Of a stretch of 64,000 nt of DNA, positions 61,915 through 64,000 are shown piece by piece. Source of the stretch: Flectonema sp. DT1601. Taxonomy: Eukaryota. The notes beneath the pieces are model-generated. The model was not told the origin of the DNA. It saw only the letters and a program-made list of their open reading frames with translations, and made no database searches. The translations under genes and the position numbers were made by a program. Within the stretch, counting starts at the first letter, position 1. Every line of letters starts with the position of its first letter. The stretch covers positions 868,001 to 932,000 of the forward strand of contig OZ025800.1 of assembly GCA_964019425.1 (NCBI GenBank), in the 5' to 3' direction.

Positions 61915-62460
61915 GGTTGATGACTTGTTGTTAAGATCTCGACCTGTTGTAAATAATTGAAATAGGTGTAAAATCTCTAACAGCTATAAAAACTTTTCAC
62001 ACTGTAAACTTGCTACACCAATTGGATAAACAAAAGAACTGTCGTGTAAGTCGACAATTGTAGTAAGCGAGCGGAGACAATAGTACGAGTGCGACGTCCA
62101 CTCCCTTGAAACGAACGCGCAAAGAGAGAAACTGTTGGAGTGTTGCTGGCCAATGTAATCAACAGCTATTATTTTTTTTTTTAGATAATCGCAAACAGGC
62201 AATTTAATTTTTTTTTTTTTTTTTTCCTTCTTCCTTTTTCGTGAGCCTGGCAAGCTTCCTCATTTTTTTTTTTTTTTTTCAAAATTCATTCAAATGCAAT
62301 CGCATTGCCGAAATACTCTCGTGTGATAACAAGATTCTTTGCGTAAAGTTATGAGTTATAATATGAGTTTATTATAAAAAAGTGCACTAAATTAAAATAT
62401 AAAAAGAAGAAAAATTATAAAAACACATTGTTCTGCTGTTCCATAATACATATGTGGAAT

Positions 62461-62529
62461 ACGTAGTTTCAGGCCTTAATCTTATACTACTTGTCCCTCT
62501 TAGGCCTTCATCAGTAAGTTCTAAGGGAC
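62461..62529 (-). ncRNA. Hammerhead ribozyme candidate, non-circularly permuted (family B, copy 2)
   Basis: Minus strand GTCCCT tagaa CTTA CTGATGA AGGCCT aag AGGGAC aa GTAGT A TAAG atta AGGCCT GAA ACTAC; predicted cut 62485/62484. Confidence 0.8.
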
Positions 62530-62779
62530 TTCATTCTAGTTAATTAATAAATCGGATCCATCAATTGGTCTATTTCAAAAGAACTGATTTCTTAATGTCC
62601 ATCGGAGCTCGCCAGGACGGGCTAGCATATATTTGCTTTTGATCAGCGTTCTATCTCTTCTACATCTGTTCGTTTTATTACGAGTGCGAGTTCTCCTTCA
62701 TCGGAGCTGTAGTCGTCTTTCTTGCGATTTTCCTTAGTGTTGGTGAGGAGTAGAATTCCTTCATTCGAGGGCCATGGTA

Positions 62780-63168
62780 CAGTCTGAAAAATAAGAATTA
62801 CGCTGATAGAGGACGAGGACGAGTGGAACCAAAAGCCTTATCCATCAACCACTGTTAGCATCATCGGGTGCCAAAATCCCACAAGTTACTTGTGTTCCCT
62901 TGATGAGCAAAAACTCCCCTCAACTAGTAAGCAACACTTATTAGTATTATATTTCATTAACAACTTTAGGTATTAAAAACAAAATCAATATCAAGTACTT
63001 GAAAAATTCTAAGAAAAATTACGTTTGGAAAAAACGAAAACACAAAAGGGAAAACTTATTGACCAGAAGATGTTGTCGAATCTGGTAATTCGGGGACCAC
63101 GTACTATTAAGTTGAGCGTCACATGCCCTGTAGTCCGTTACAACTTACACTTAAACAAATTTAAAAGA
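62780..63168. repeat. Local segmental duplication (copies of ~58640-58723 and ~60583-60894)
   Basis: cagtctgaaaaataagaattac..ccactgttagcatcat and aatcccaca.gttacttgtgttccc..ccgttacaacttacacttaaaca repeated with few changes. Confidence 0.9.
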
Positions 63169-63817
63169 AAAATACAGTTCTTGTTATAGTTCGTAGCACA
63201 TTACTATGGGAGTGGGAGGATGTATGTTCGATTTTGCAAAATTCAACTGCGTTATCATAAAAACATAAAAGATAACTAATCATTAATTTTAGATACAGTG
63301 ACTAAGGGTGATGCGTAACTTAGCATAACAAAGTAACTACTATAGAGTGGGGGAGAACGTGAAAAAAAAAATTAAAAAAAAATCTTTTTATTCCATGTAC
63401 AGCATCTTTCTTTATAATACGACCATATGTGCCATAAAAATTGGGCAGCACAATGGCCATATCACTCAGCAAGAAATGAAAACAAAAAGATCAGAAAAGA
63501 TGAATTGTCAGTTTAAGGTCATAACGACGACGGACCAAACACTACAGAAAAACGACCGTGAAGAGGGAAAGGATAGTATCTTGTAAGAAAATGCGAGCGA
63601 TCAAGGATGAAACTGTAAACAGTTAGCGCTGACATTGCCTTATGTTTAGTCCAATACATTGCGTACTGAACATCGCTGATACAGCAAGAGTCGCTGAGAT
63701 TGATTTAACCAAAAGTAAGAAATTGATTTGATATAATTTTAGAGAGCGCAACCACAGGAAATCGTGAACTGTAAATATGAACAGAATTACTTCATTTCTT
63801 TGTTCTAAATGTTGTTT

Positions 63818-64000
63818 TCAAAGTGTTCTTTTTTTTAATATCTGCGAATCCATAGACTTGACCCTCTTCTTAGACTTAGATTTTATAAACTGAGTAATTT
63901 CAGGAACATCAAGCAAACCAGGACAATTACGGAGAAAGGAAGAATCAAGAAGTGAAACATTACTCAGAGAGGACAAGTCTATCTCCATGAGTCCAGTACT
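63818..64000 (-). CDS. 3' end of a second Ubl-LRR paralogue (runs off the window)
   Basis: Near-identical to ~60925-61078, ending ..SMDSQILKKRTL*. Confidence 0.75.
   Translation of the reverse strand, partial: STGLMEIDLSSLSNVSLLDSSFLRNCPGLLDVPEITQFIKSKSKKRVKSMDSQILKKRTL

Overview
AT-rich, intron-bearing eukaryotic DNA, most likely a euglenozoan (diplonemid-like by inference). Markers are a BILBO1 homologue, a beta-tubulin ending in -EQY and LSU rRNA fragments with euglenozoan-like wording. About 27 protein genes all lie on the minus strand (SepSecS, SLC52-type transporter, WBP11-like, beta-tubulin, biotin synthase, two GNA1 copies, BILBO1, Ubl-ankyrin, Ubl-LRR and others), many with 67-99 bp GT-AG introns whose acceptor tracts are A/C-rich rather than pyrimidine-rich. 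Two things stand out in the intergenic DNA. (1) Two sequence families of hammerhead-ribozyme candidates (9233-9296; 16256-16325 and 62461-62529; plus decayed copies) share a non-circularly permuted topology, with the cleaved strand inside what is normally loop II, an extra fourth helix and helix covariation between families. (2) A 1465-bp element with 76-bp terminal inverted repeats and a 9-bp flanking duplication (Mutator-like, non-autonomous) carries two convergent tRNA-like Pol III cassettes and captured LSU rRNA sequence. All calls are by eye; no searches or folding programs were run.
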